From a virus, in the IMG/VR virus record IMGVR_UViG_3300014913_000006: a stretch of 64,000 nt of DNA, one strand, 5' to 3'. This document shows, in pieces, positions 37,726-47,885 of the stretch; within the stretch, counting starts at the first letter, position 1; every line of letters starts with the position of its first letter. The position numbers and the translations under genes were made by a program. The notes beneath the pieces were generated by a model that saw only the letters and a list, made by a program, of their open reading frames with translations, was not told the DNA's origin and did no database searches.

Positions 37726-38726
37726 TCGATCCTCTCTCTGTGGTCACTCTGAACCATGCGATCCACCAGTTCTCCGAAGCAAATGGTTGGTTCCCAACCA
37801 AGTATCCGCTGCGCCTTACTCGGATCAGCATGAAGCAGATTCACGTCAACGGGACGATAGAACTTTGGGTCGATAGTGATGTAGTCGTTATAATCAAGGC
37901 CGATGGAACCAAAGGCCAACTGAAGGAATTCCTTGACGGTGTGTGTTTCGCCAGACCCCAACACATAATCATCTGGTTCTGGGTGTTGCATCATCAACCA
38001 CATACCACGTACCATGTCTTCAGCATGGGACCAGTCCCGCTTTGCTTCGATATTGCCCAGCGCGAGCGGACGAACATCAATATCTTTCTTCGGGAATCCG
38101 TCGTGGGTGTCCATCCAGTCCTGGATCATGGCAACATATTTGGTGATTTTCCGTGTAACGAATGCTTCGCCACGACGCTCAGATTCATGATTGAACAGAA
38201 TCCCTGCACATGCAAAGACATTGTAGGCACGACGATAAAGGCCAACCAGTTGATGTGCGTAGAGCTTGGCAACAGCATATGGCGAGTTTGGTGTCATAAC
38301 CGATGTCTCACTCTGTGGGGAAACAATGGTGTCTCCAAAGAGTTCTGATGTGCTGGCCTGATAGAACTTGCTCTGCGGAGACGATTGGCGGATTGCCTCC
38401 AGAATGTTCAAAGGCCCCATGGCGTCAATATGACACGTAGCGATCGGTTGATCGAACGACACGCCAACATGACTCATGGCAGCAAGGTTGTACACCTCGT
38501 CGGGCTGAATCCCCGATATCAACCTGTGCATACATGCCGCATCTGTAATATCACCCTCCACTAGTTCAAAGTGTGGATGATTCTGGAAATGGGCAATTCG
38601 CTCTGTCGTATCAACAGAGGCTCGCCGAATCAACCCATGAACTTGATACCCCTTGTCGAGCAACAGTTCTGACAAATAACTCCCATCCTGCCCGGTCGTT
38701 CCGGTGATAAACGCTGTTTTACCCAT
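37713..38726 (-). CDS. gmd: GDP-mannose 4,6-dehydratase
   Basis: ITGTTGQDGSYL, NLAAMSHV, QASTSELFG, SPYAVAK, LFNHES, FVTRKIT. Confidence 0.95.
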   Translation of the reverse strand: MGKTAFITGTTGQDGSYLSELLLDKGYQVHGLIRRASVDTTERIAHFQNHPHFELVEGDITDAACMHRLISGIQPDEVYNLAAMSHVGVSFDQPIATCHIDAMGPLNILEAIRQSSPQSKFYQASTSELFGDTIVSPQSETSVMTPNSPYAVAKLYAHQLVGLYRRAYNVFACAGILFNHESERRGEAFVTRKITKYVAMIQDWMDTHDGFPKKDIDVRPLALGNIEAKRDWSHAEDMVRGMWLMMQHPEPDDYVLGSGETHTVKEFLQLAFGSIGLDYNDYITIDPKFYRPVDVNLLHADPSKAQRILGWEPTICFGELVDRMVQSDHRERIECRA

Positions 38727-39006
38727 TGATCTTCCTACCTCCCTCTAGTTTGCCCTTCGCCTCTTCTTCTGCCTTGCGATGAGCGTCAATCATCTTCTGA
38801 ATGTCCTCTGGTAGCTTAGTGACATCGGCATTACCGTCTGATGCAGTAAGAGCATCAATATCGCCGATACAACAGTGCTTGTACTTCTTCCCGCTACCAC
38901 ACAAACATGGCCAGTTGCGGCCCCACCTCGTCCGCTTACGACCAATCGGCATCGTAACGCCCTGGATTCTTCTCCGCAAGTTTCGTCTTTCTGTTTTTTT
39001 TGTCAT
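38719..39006 (-). CDS. SEC-C motif protein
   Basis: GRNWPCLCGSGKKYKHCC. Confidence 0.8.
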   Translation of the reverse strand: MTKKTERRNLRRRIQGVTMPIGRKRTRWGRNWPCLCGSGKKYKHCCIGDIDALTASDGNADVTKLPEDIQKMIDAHRKAEEEAKGKLEGGRKING

Positions 39007-39285
39007 CCATTTTTCCTTTTTTAACAGGAGTTGCCAATGCCTTTTCTTGTGACCACCCATATAGGCAAAGCCTTGCCCATAAAGTGCTTCGCTTGATATT
39101 CAACTCATTTGCCCAATCAATTAGACATTGAGTTTTTCCATGATAGGTAAGCAAATGATTATTGCGTCGATTTCTGCTGTTCACCTTAGCGGTAACCCAC
39201 CTACAATTCTTTTGATGATATTCTTGATTATTATCAATTCTGTCAAGCGACCAAGACTACGCTGCTCCGATCGCGTTTTGCTCAT
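38990..39285 (-). pseudogene. Homing endonuclease remnant
   Basis: NSRNRRNNHLLTYHGKTQCLIDWA...GWSQEKAL C-terminal module with a frameshifted or deleted N-terminus. Confidence 0.65.
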
Positions 39286-40363
39286 AAGGTATGCCTCTTT
39301 CCTCGGCACTGAGTCTGGCATCGATTTCCCAACAATGCCTGACCGCTGCCCTTTGTCCTTCTTCTGCCACCTCGGTCGCCTGATCATCCCATCCGACGAT
39401 CCCGAACAAGTCCACCAATCTATTGAAGTATGTGTGCTGATGAGCTACGTGCTCAACACCAGCACGAATCTGCTCAAAACGTTCTGGTCGATCACCTACC
39501 AGTTCCACCACCTGGGACATGAAATCGGTCACGTTGTAAGCTATTCGACAATGTGGCCCCAGGTATCTTGTGACCAACGGATTGTCAGATACTTGTACGC
39601 CACCACATAGCGGGATCATAAACGATCTTTCATTGACATACGCCTGAAGTCCGACCTGCTGTTCCGTATGTACATTCGGACACACACGGGCTGTCGCGTA
39701 AACATGGGATAGTTTGCTGTAGTCATCCAACGGACCATTGTAATTCAGCCCTGCTCTTGCCCAGATGTCGTCGCCAAAAGCTTGATACGAATGACCGAGC
39801 AAATCCAGTCGTTTGAATAGTGGTTCGATCAGTTGCTTCATGATCCCCTGACGGTGGGCGAAGTTGGCCACCATAGCAACGTCAGTCAGGGCGGTACATG
39901 TCGGCGGTAACGCCCTGATTAGGTTACCCGCTGCGGGAATATGTGATAGATCGACGCCCTGCTCTCCCCAGGCAGACATATAGTTGCCCCACAGGTGGGG
40001 CTCCAGACGGGTATGGACAACAACCGACTCGATGGCTCTGACAACATCTGCCTCATCCTCGTGAGCCAATTCATATGGACCATCGATTGTCAGTTCGCCA
40101 GTGTTGAACGGCAAGGCTTCTACGAAAACCATCACCTGATTGGCATTGATAGTATCAATCGGCAACTGTCTCATCCCGTATCTTGAATGTGTCATGATCA
40201 ACCCGATACCGTGTTTTTCGATCAGTTGGGCACACCCCAATTTCGTCTTGGGGTCTCCGACGTATACCTTCCAGCCAAGATGTCGCAACGCATCGACATA
40301 TCCATTCTGGATCATCCTTGAGGTTCCACCTGGGCGAGGAATACACAAAGCACATTTATTCAT
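39257..40363 (-). CDS. Glycosyltransferase (GT-B, CgeB/YkvP-like C-terminal domain)
   Basis: YATARVCPNVH, VNERSFMIPLCGG.QVSD, HTYFNR. Confidence 0.8.
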   Translation of the reverse strand: MNKCALCIPRPGGTSRMIQNGYVDALRHLGWKVYVGDPKTKLGCAQLIEKHGIGLIMTHSRYGMRQLPIDTINANQVMVFVEALPFNTGELTIDGPYELAHEDEADVVRAIESVVVHTRLEPHLWGNYMSAWGEQGVDLSHIPAAGNLIRALPPTCTALTDVAMVANFAHRQGIMKQLIEPLFKRLDLLGHSYQAFGDDIWARAGLNYNGPLDDYSKLSHVYATARVCPNVHTEQQVGLQAYVNERSFMIPLCGGVQVSDNPLVTRYLGPHCRIAYNVTDFMSQVVELVGDRPERFEQIRAGVEHVAHQHTYFNRLVDLFGIVGWDDQATEVAEEGQRAAVRHCWEIDARLSAEERGIPYEQNAIGAA

Positions 40364-41267
40364 CAGTGTCTTCTCCAAAGTCTGTATCTGCATCCATTAT
40401 GATCGGCTCAACACTACCATCCGGGAATTCGACCGGTTGACGAAACTCTTCCTTGATATCATCGGCAGCTAGTTTGGTCAACTCGGCAAATCGCCCCTGC
40501 TTATCTCTTTCGTCTTGCGAGTGTTGCAATTTGCCAACCAACTCTATGAAGCTCTCCTTACCGCCTTTCAGTTCATCCAAGCGATCTTTACGAGTCGCAG
40601 CCAAGCTACTGTAGATTTTCTGTCGCTCCTTCACCAAAGCGTCATAACGATCATTGACACCCTTGAGGTATCTATGCTTGTCATCCAGTTGTCTTTGCTG
40701 CAAAATGCGGAACTTGGTGGTATCCTTGTCTTCGTCTTCCTGTTTGGGATTCGATACAAACCACATCTGTAAATCTGCTATCTCCCTCTGTAGAGAACGA
40801 CCAAGAATCAGTTGCCTATCCACCAGAATTCTATGTTTCAGAAAGTCATCAATCTGCATGAACTCACTGATGACGATATCTTCGAACTGACAACACAAAA
40901 GACCGAAATCCTCGATGTACATATCGACTTCTTCTGTTTCAAATTGTCTTTGAATGGTTTTGTACAGATGGGTCTTTTTGAATTGATCCCTGAACCAATA
41001 AGCCTTCTCTGTCTCCGAAAGTCCAGGCGGTGGTGTTGTCAACACAGGACCGTCCAGGACATCTGTATTAGTCGGTTCGCCAGATTTCTTTGTAACACCC
41101 ATAGCACGACGGCGTCTACCGATTGTGTCGAGGGTCCACTTGTACCCACACTCTTGCGCTAGTCGCTGTTGAATCTTCTTGTCTGTAAGCCCTTGTCGAA
41201 CACAGTCGGCAAGAATCTTCAGAGCCTTCGGGTTGGATGATAGTTTCTGGTTCTTAGTGTCCGACAT
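40356..41267 (-). CDS. HTH plus coiled-coil protein, possible terminase small subunit
   Basis: N-terminal HTH and helical C-terminus; upstream of terL in the same operon. Confidence 0.4.
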   Translation of the reverse strand: MSDTKNQKLSSNPKALKILADCVRQGLTDKKIQQRLAQECGYKWTLDTIGRRRRAMGVTKKSGEPTNTDVLDGPVLTTPPPGLSETEKAYWFRDQFKKTHLYKTIQRQFETEEVDMYIEDFGLLCCQFEDIVISEFMQIDDFLKHRILVDRQLILGRSLQREIADLQMWFVSNPKQEDEDKDTTKFRILQQRQLDDKHRYLKGVNDRYDALVKERQKIYSSLAATRKDRLDELKGGKESFIELVGKLQHSQDERDKQGRFAELTKLAADDIKEEFRQPVEFPDGSVEPIIMDADTDFGEDTDE

Positions 41268-41805
41268 CGCGGTCCCTTTCTTCCAAAATCTCAGCAACCT
41301 TCTGTCGTATCTCTTCAACGATGGGACTACGAACTCGATTGTTCCCAATCAGGGCTTCAAACGGTTCTGATAAGTCATCTGGCAACCGCTCCCTGATGTA
41401 TGCAAGAGTCTCGTCACACAAAAGATGATCGATCGGATCGATGTTTACTGGCGTCGAACCCAGAAGCACGCCCTGTTCTGCTGTGTCTCCACCACCCAGA
41501 GGAAGTGCATTCACCAAATTCATCCTGGTGCGAGCAAGACCAGAACTCGGAGCGTCCGAGCCTGGACGAAAATAGTTGTCCCGCTTCAGGTTCTTGAGAC
41601 GATTGGTGACATGTCGAACCAAGTAGTTCTCGATCGGTCCTATCTCGGGATTATATCGCCCCAGGGCCTCAAGACACATCCTCCACACCTCTTGAGAGAC
41701 ATCGCCGTTCTCGTAATATGCAAACGCACCGTTGGCGCTACGGGAACTGGCTAGCCGCTCAATGATCGGATATGCCTCATCAAGAATTGCTTTACTTACT
41801 GTCAT
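41254..41805 (-). CDS. Phage sigma-factor-like protein (sigma70 region 2)
   Basis: DVSQEVWRMCLEALGRYNP...ENYL..HVTNRLKNLKR matches the region-2 pattern; region 4 appears reduced. Confidence 0.7.
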   Translation of the reverse strand: MTVSKAILDEAYPIIERLASSRSANGAFAYYENGDVSQEVWRMCLEALGRYNPEIGPIENYLVRHVTNRLKNLKRDNYFRPGSDAPSSGLARTRMNLVNALPLGGGDTAEQGVLLGSTPVNIDPIDHLLCDETLAYIRERLPDDLSEPFEALIGNNRVRSPIVEEIRQKVAEILEERDRDVGH

Positions 41806-41959
41806 CCTCTGTTTCCTCTTCCGTGGCTTCCTTGATTGCCCGTGCTCCCTCAGTCGGTTCTGGATCGGGAATCTTCAGATCATCAACAGCCTTGGCGTTG
41901 GCCTTGCTGGTCCCCTGGGTTGTAAGACGGCACTCAATCTTAGTTTTCTTGTCACTCAT
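41792..41959 (-). CDS. Small hypothetical protein, first gene of the leftward late operon
   Basis: ATG 41959 with GAGGG RBS, after the class B promoter at 41976-41985. Confidence 0.55.
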   Translation of the reverse strand: MSDKKTKIECRLTTQGTSKANAKAVDDLKIPDPEPTEGARAIKEATEEETEDDSK

Positions 41960-41975
41960 TTCTATCACCCTCAAA

Positions 41976-42109
41976 ATTATACACAATTGCGTCCGACACC
42001 TAACGTCCGATAAAAACGTCCCTCCATATATATAGAGAGTCCATTTTCGGAAAAGCGCTCCAACTTTTTTTCTTTTTTTTCGAACAGACCCCCTAGCTAG
42101 ACGTATAAT
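41976..42109. promoter_or_regulatory. Divergent promoter region: class B leftward (41976-41985), class A rightward CGAAC-N18-TATAAT (42081-42109)
   Basis: Strand switch point; also contains one TTATCGGAC (minus strand, 42005-42013). Confidence 0.7.
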
Positions 42110-42114
42110 GGGGT

Positions 42115-42411
42115 ATGTCAAAATTCGTTGTACGGAAAAACACGCTACCCTATGTCCACCAGTGGGCAATGATCGATACAGACACAGGGGGTAAGGTCGG
42201 TGAGTACAAAACCAGGAAACTCGCTGAGAAGGCTTGTAGTGGCTTTGAGAAGTACGGAATACCGGAGGATGCCCACGGCACCCCACCGGGCTTTGAGAAC
42301 GCCTGGAACGCTGTGAGCAAGCGTATGAAGCGTCCTGGGGGCGATCCTCTACCGAAACCGCCCAAGCGTAAGCGAAAACACTCAGACAAGCGGCGAGTGG
42401 AGCTAGACTGA
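42115..42411 (+). CDS. Hypothetical protein
   Basis: ATG 5 nt after the -10 box (probably leaderless); overlaps the next start. Confidence 0.6.
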   Translation: MSKFVVRKNTLPYVHQWAMIDTDTGGKVGEYKTRKLAEKACSGFEKYGIPEDAHGTPPGFENAWNAVSKRMKRPGGDPLPKPPKRKRKHSDKRRVELD

Positions 42412-43124
42412 TGATCAAACTGATCCATGGACGATTCGAGCAAATTCCATCCGTCAACCTCGGAAGGGTCGATCTGATTATGGCCGATCCGCCAGATTGC
42501 ATAGGAATGAAGTATGCCGAATTCATTGATCGCCAACCAGCCCAGGAATACGAAAACAATCTGCGACTTTGGCTCGGAATGATGGCCAATTTGACCAAAG
42601 GTCCAATTTTTTTCACCTTTAATGAAAAATGGACGCAAGCCGTCGAAAACGCCATCGTATCTGTCGGTATCCCGTTGATTCAAAGATTACAGTGGTACTA
42701 CACATTCGGACAGGACCAAACCACCAGAGGAAAGTACGCTTTGTGCTATCGACCAATCTATTGGCTCAATTCGGAATATGTCCGACCCGACAAAATCAAG
42801 GTGCCTAGTGCCAGACAAGAAAAATACAATGACAAACGAGCGGCCAAGGGTGGAAAGATGCCCCCCAACGTATGGGAAATCCCTCGGGTCTGCGGTACGT
42901 TCAAGGAAAAGAGAAAATGGTTGCCAACTCAACTGCCCGAGTCGCTTGTGGAGCGTATCGTCAAAGGCCACTGCCGCCCGTGTGGTCGCGTGCTCGATCC
43001 ATTCATAGGAAGCGGAACCACCGCAATCGTGTGTCAACGGCTGGGACTAGATTGTGTCGGTATCGACATAGACAAAAAAACAATTCAAAAAACATCCGAA
43101 TACCTAGGGGTTGATTATGAGTAA
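42411..43124 (+). CDS. DNA N6A/N4C methyltransferase (beta class), orphan
   Basis: ADPPD motif IV variant, PTQLPE.LV, VLDPFIGSGTT. Confidence 0.85.
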   Translation: MIKLIHGRFEQIPSVNLGRVDLIMADPPDCIGMKYAEFIDRQPAQEYENNLRLWLGMMANLTKGPIFFTFNEKWTQAVENAIVSVGIPLIQRLQWYYTFGQDQTTRGKYALCYRPIYWLNSEYVRPDKIKVPSARQEKYNDKRAAKGGKMPPNVWEIPRVCGTFKEKRKWLPTQLPESLVERIVKGHCRPCGRVLDPFIGSGTTAIVCQRLGLDCVGIDIDKKTIQKTSEYLGVDYE

Positions 43125-43655
43125 ATACAAAACTATGCTAATGCCATTAGTAATCTTGCAGCAATATCAAAACTTATTTTGGTCAAAAGCCAACCGATTA
43201 AATAATTGTTGGAATTGGCGACCAGCCCCAGCCAGCGGAAAGTACGGACTATTTGCAATAGTACACAATAAGATACGATATCACATAAGAGCCCATCGTG
43301 CGGCATGGATGTTACAACATCACTGTCAAATTCCGCCAAAACTTTTAATATGTCATCATTGCGATAATCCAGTCTGTGTCAATCCAGATCATCTCTTTTC
43401 GGGAACGAATGCTGACAACCCATCGGATATGTCGCAAAAGGAAGATCACCCAAGGGGCGAAAAAGAATACTAGAAAACTGCGCCAGAGGCGAAAATAACG
43501 GATGGTCCAAACTAACAACCACAAAAGTCCAAAAAATCAAGACAATTTTGTCAAAACCAGATAGACCATCATATAGACAAATGGCAAAACAATTTAGTGT
43601 CGGCTATACCACTGTTTGGCACATTGCGAAAGGAGATACTTGGAAACATGTGTGA
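43117..43655 (+). pseudogene. HNH homing endonuclease, frameshifted
   Basis: CWNW...RAHRAAW...CHHCDNPVCVNPDHL; the C-terminal RGENNGWSKLT...HTH lies in another frame. Confidence 0.8.
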
Positions 43656-44445
43656 CGTAGCAGAAAACGGCATACATCTGACAAAGGAATACTACAAGGA
43701 CTTCCTACCAACCGACCTACAATGGACGGTGACCAAAGTCGATAATGACTTCACGCTCTACGACTTGTTCCGATTGGTCTATCATGCTGATCACATGATC
43801 CCAGGCATCTTCACCACTATGGGTGTGTTGGAATTCAAAACGTTTTGGGATCAGATTCAACGCGACCGCGACCCAGACGATGTGGATGATGTTGAATATC
43901 TGGAACTCTACTGGCATCTCGGTTACGATACTCGCAAGGTCAAGCAGACCGGCAAACCGACTGATCAACCGAAGGGTAATTGCGCCCTACTCGACGATGG
44001 GCACAACTACTGGGATGACCCCAAGATCGCAGAACTGCCCAACCTCATGGCTTTTCATGGTATCGGCCCAGGTTGCCCAGCGAAGGGTCTCGACTTCCAC
44101 GAGTGCGGCGACGATTGCCCAGAAGACACCGGATACGCAATCGAGTTCACCCCTGTCAACAATCTCGCCCACCTGCCTATTCGTGTCTCGCCAGAGGTGG
44201 AATGCTTCCCGCCGTATGTCGAGTCTGATCGTGACTTCCATCGTACCGGATTCAAACTCACCATCCGGCCAACACTGTGGTGCTTCATTACTAGCATCTT
44301 CTGGGAATTGACCTTTGCTGGTTCCAATCCCAACGAAGTCGCCGACCACATAGAAGAGATTTCCAACCGTGTCGATAAAGCCAAGGAACATTTCAAGGAA
44401 AACTTCGATGAAGAAGATGGTGGTGATAACCCCCTTGTCGGTTGA
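43648..44445 (+). CDS. Hypothetical protein
   Basis: AGGAG RBS plus ATG 43648; long ORF. Confidence 0.7.
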   Translation: MCDVAENGIHLTKEYYKDFLPTDLQWTVTKVDNDFTLYDLFRLVYHADHMIPGIFTTMGVLEFKTFWDQIQRDRDPDDVDDVEYLELYWHLGYDTRKVKQTGKPTDQPKGNCALLDDGHNYWDDPKIAELPNLMAFHGIGPGCPAKGLDFHECGDDCPEDTGYAIEFTPVNNLAHLPIRVSPEVECFPPYVESDRDFHRTGFKLTIRPTLWCFITSIFWELTFAGSNPNEVADHIEEISNRVDKAKEHFKENFDEEDGGDNPLVG

Positions 44446-44710
44446 GCCCAATACATTCAAGCAGGTTCTCGAACTGCCTCCAGAAACCATGCTGGAGTTG
44501 ATTGAGACTGTTAGTGTTGGTGCCATGATGAGTGCCAAACTGGCTCTGGCCCCACACGATAAGATAGCCATCGCATGTACCATGCTGGCAAACGCGAATA
44601 CTCTGCTAGAACAGTGTGGATGTCAGATAGATACTACTATCAAGAACAAGACGTGGACTCAGGATGCCACGTACAAAACTGAGGTGGATGGTATGGAGGG
44701 AATCTCGTGA
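44417..44710 (+). CDS. Hypothetical protein
   Basis: Operonic ORF. Confidence 0.5.
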   Translation: MVVITPLSVEPNTFKQVLELPPETMLELIETVSVGAMMSAKLALAPHDKIAIACTMLANANTLLEQCGCQIDTTIKNKTWTQDATYKTEVDGMEGIS

Positions 44711-45060
44711 ACGAGGTTAGAGTACAACAGTTGCTTGACCGATGGAGCACCGTACTAGAAATGGGCGAACAAGCATCGCGGACCAAGGCTAGCAAAAACC
44801 AAAATGGGTTAGAGGGGCGGATTACAAGGACAACAGGTACACCGGTCATTTTCGATTTCGATGCTTTCGGGAACCAAAACGCTGTGCAGTCTTCGCTATG
44901 TCAAGAAATACCACAATATGCCGACCTGATTCGCAGCAAACCGGAGATAATGGATGGACATGCGTGGACTCGTGGTGATTTTATTGAGCTTTATTTCGGG
45001 CACTTCCGTTTGGTCGTGGATAAACTCCGACGACTCACCGGCCAAACGACTGACGTGTGA
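44707..45060 (+). CDS. Hypothetical protein
   Basis: GGAGG RBS; GTGA overlap. Confidence 0.65.
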   Translation: MNEVRVQQLLDRWSTVLEMGEQASRTKASKNQNGLEGRITRTTGTPVIFDFDAFGNQNAVQSSLCQEIPQYADLIRSKPEIMDGHAWTRGDFIELYFGHFRLVVDKLRRLTGQTTDV

Positions 45061-45266
45061 CACCTGTGGTAAGCTCAAACCAACAGCCAACATGCACAAA
45101 GTGTGGGGGGGTATCTGTCTCTGCGAACAGTGTGTGAAAATCATCCTTGCTGTTCATGTGGCCACCAATCCATTGAAAACTCTTTGTCCACACTGTTATG
45201 GCAAAGAGGGAAATACTGGAACGTGTATTTACTGCGATCTGCCATTGCAATCGGAGAAGACAAACG

Positions 45267-45656
45267 GTGACAATTGAACTTGAACGATCATACATCTTTC
45301 CTCACGAGAGTATCCCCCACATTGTCGATTTTCTCGGGGCCACTATCGAAGAATTACCTCTTGATCTGCGAGACTATTATCTCAACCCGAATTTGCGTGT
45401 CCGCTCCACAACACTCAAGAAGCACGACCAAAGCGACTTCAGCACAATACAGCTAACCCGCAAGGACGGTGACAAGGGTAGTGGACGACGCACTGAAGAA
45501 AATCGCACCGGAGAGATACATGATATAGCAGAGCGAATATACGCTTTTCTACAATGGCACGGCATTCCCCATGTCGTGGCCGAGCAGGGTGACGCCCGGA
45601 GAATACTTGGCAGTCTGTTCTACATGAACGAGACTGGTAAAGAAAGGTGGGAGTAG
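45267..45656 (+). pseudogene. CYTH-domain N-terminus apparently fused to an unrelated C-terminus
   Basis: ELERSY (ExERK-like), DYYL..LRVR, LTRK..R.E, then an abrupt switch to IHDIAERIYAFLQWHGIPH; too short for a full CYTH domain. Confidence 0.55.
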
Positions 45657-46369
45657 TGAGCAACTACGTAAAGGAAGACATAGACAGATGGTTTGATTAC
45701 AGCTACCTCTCATCTAAGCGGATGATCCATGTCGGATCACACGACGCAGAGATGACACATGAGACTGGTGAATCTGGAACAGATTGTGCGATGTCTGAAT
45801 TTTTCATCAAAGCCATCACACATCTAAACCGCATCTCATCACAACCTATTGTTATCCACATGAACAACCTCGGTGGTGATTGGTATCATGGGATGTCAAT
45901 GTACGATGCCATCCGGGCGTCAACTGCACATGTCTACGGTATCTGCTGGGGGCACGCAATGAGTATGGGGTCAATCATCATTCAAGCGTGCGACTCACGC
46001 ATTGTCGCTCCACATTGCACCTTCATGATTCATGACGGATTCGAAGGACTAAGTGGTACCTGCAAGAGTGTCGAAGCGTGGGCGAAATACACTGCTAAGA
46101 TGCGAAAGAGGATGTACGAAATCTACTTCAGCCGCATGAAGCCAGCCAAGTCTCGTATCACCATGAAGAAGATCGAAGAACTATGTTCTCACGATACTGT
46201 CTACACAGCAGAAGAAGCCGTCAACCAAGGACTAGCAGATTGGGTACTCGAAACACTCGACGACCCATACAAGTTTTTCGCAACCGATGATCAGGACTCC
46301 AAATGGCAACCGACCATGAAGCTCGGTAAGCACGAGGTTGAGGACGAAGAAAAGAACGAAGACGAATGA
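45647..46369 (+). CDS. ClpP-like serine protease
   Basis: NNLGGDWYHGMSMYDAI, AMSMGSII, FMIHDG, TAEEAV..GLAD. Confidence 0.85.
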   Translation: MGVVSNYVKEDIDRWFDYSYLSSKRMIHVGSHDAEMTHETGESGTDCAMSEFFIKAITHLNRISSQPIVIHMNNLGGDWYHGMSMYDAIRASTAHVYGICWGHAMSMGSIIIQACDSRIVAPHCTFMIHDGFEGLSGTCKSVEAWAKYTAKMRKRMYEIYFSRMKPAKSRITMKKIEELCSHDTVYTAEEAVNQGLADWVLETLDDPYKFFATDDQDSKWQPTMKLGKHEVEDEEKNEDE

Positions 46370-46884
46370 TGAATTTGCGAGAATACCAAGCAAAAGCAAG
46401 AAGCACGGCTATCTATCTGAAGGTTGAGAATAACCGCATGTTATATCCTGCTCTTGGCATCATAGGTGAGTGTGGCGAAGTCGCAGAAAAAATCAAGAAA
46501 CTCATCCGCGATGCAAATGGAGAAATGACACCAGAGCGAGTAGCAGCCATCGCGAAAGAACTGGGTGACTGCTGTTGGTATGTCGCCAATATCTGTTGCG
46601 ACACAGACCACGATCTTGCAATGATGTATGAAATGCGTGGGTCTTCTATCCTCCACCAAGTTCGCAAACTTTCCCTTCCTCGTCTAGCCTTGCACATGAA
46701 TCGCCACGCAACTGCTGTTGCAACGTTACTGGAACGGTGGTACAAAATATTCGAACCCATGGTGTATAAATACTATGGAAGTCCTCGATTCGTAGCGAAA
46801 GGGGGCAACTACGATGATCGAAGTTGCTTGGATTGTTCTGAGGGACGAAAATCGATTTCTGCTAACTCAAAGGTCGCTAACTGA
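46366..46884 (+). CDS. MazG-like NTP pyrophosphohydrolase (C-terminus possibly truncated)
   Basis: EYQ..A..TA.Y, LGIIGECGEVAEKIKK, KELGDCCWY. Confidence 0.8.
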   Translation: MMNLREYQAKARSTAIYLKVENNRMLYPALGIIGECGEVAEKIKKLIRDANGEMTPERVAAIAKELGDCCWYVANICCDTDHDLAMMYEMRGSSILHQVRKLSLPRLALHMNRHATAVATLLERWYKIFEPMVYKYYGSPRFVAKGGNYDDRSCLDCSEGRKSISANSKVAN

Positions 46885-47263
46885 CACAGCTAGTGGAACA
46901 TGGGTCTTTCCGGGAGGAAAGATGGACCCAGAAGACCGTACTCTTGTTGATACAGCAGCAAGGGAGCTAAAAGAAAAAGTGGGAATTGAAGGAGAACAAT
47001 TCAAACTACTATGTGACACACACCTGGACAAGTATCGCGTCCAGGTTTTTTGTTGTAAAAAATGGTCCGGCAAACCCCGACCGGCATGTGACGACACAAT
47101 CGGAGTGGGCTGGTTCTCGCTAGCAGAAATGTATGCACTCGGCCAAAGCCTTGCCCCGTTTGTTGATGATAGCCTGATGTATCTGTCGTACTTGATACAG
47201 CATTATGATAGTCATCCCGGTGAGTGGCGAGAAGGATGGAGGAAATGTAGCGAAAATGTCTAA
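46814..47263 (+). CDS. Nudix hydrolase (MutT-like)
   Basis: WVFPGGK.......AARELKEKVG Nudix box with one Glu replaced by Lys. Confidence 0.85.
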   Translation: MIEVAWIVLRDENRFLLTQRSLTDTASGTWVFPGGKMDPEDRTLVDTAARELKEKVGIEGEQFKLLCDTHLDKYRVQVFCCKKWSGKPRPACDDTIGVGWFSLAEMYALGQSLAPFVDDSLMYLSYLIQHYDSHPGEWREGWRKCSENV

Positions 47264-47516
47264 AACGTCCAAACCTGAGTTAATGCAGCAATTCGAACAC
47301 ATGTTGTGGGTCAATTCTCCCAAGGACTGGATACTAAAGACTACTTACTTCCAAGGTACACTATTTGTATCCATGTTGATAGAAGCTCCTGCCGGGAGAG
47401 AATATCAAAAGATACGTCGAAATTTCGGCTTTGACTTGATAACAGAACGTGCGTTCGACTTATGGGGTCTTGCCTCCGATTGTGTAGACGAGATGAAAAC
47501 CGAAGTAAAAAATTAG
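47256..47516 (+). CDS. Hypothetical protein
   Basis: Operonic ORF. Confidence 0.5.
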   Translation: MSKTSKPELMQQFEHMLWVNSPKDWILKTTYFQGTLFVSMLIEAPAGREYQKIRRNFGFDLITERAFDLWGLASDCVDEMKTEVKN

Positions 47517-47528
47517 CGGAGACACAAA

Positions 47529-47885
47529 TTGATCACCCAAGGAAATGACCGCAAACAGCTACTCGAATTCCTGATTCAAAGATGGCTCCTTATAACAGGA
47601 CTAGCCGCAATAGAAAGGGTGTATAAGGCAATGTGTCAATTCGCCCAAGAAAATGGCAAGGAAATACCCCCCAAGCCACTTGCCATTAATGTAAATCCAT
47701 GTCTCCAGATAGAGATCATCAAACAGCACATCATCGAAATTCTCCCCGAAGCCCACTTCATAGACTACCTATATGAATCGCCAGCCCCATTAAACCCCGA
47801 CGACTTCGTGGAAATGTACATTGCGGATCATCATCAATGCGCAAGCAAAGTCATAGACCTTATGCAACGGATGAAAATCACATGA
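47529..47885 (+). CDS. Hypothetical protein
   Basis: GGAG RBS plus TTG. Confidence 0.55.
   Translation: MITQGNDRKQLLEFLIQRWLLITGLAAIERVYKAMCQFAQENGKEIPPKPLAINVNPCLQIEIIKQHIIEILPEAHFIDYLYESPAPLNPDDFVEMYIADHHQCASKVIDLMQRMKIT

Noticed and set aside
41960-42655. N-terminal extension of the 287-aa minus-strand ORF
   Set aside because: It crosses the divergent promoters and is antisense to real genes; only the last 55 aa have an RBS.
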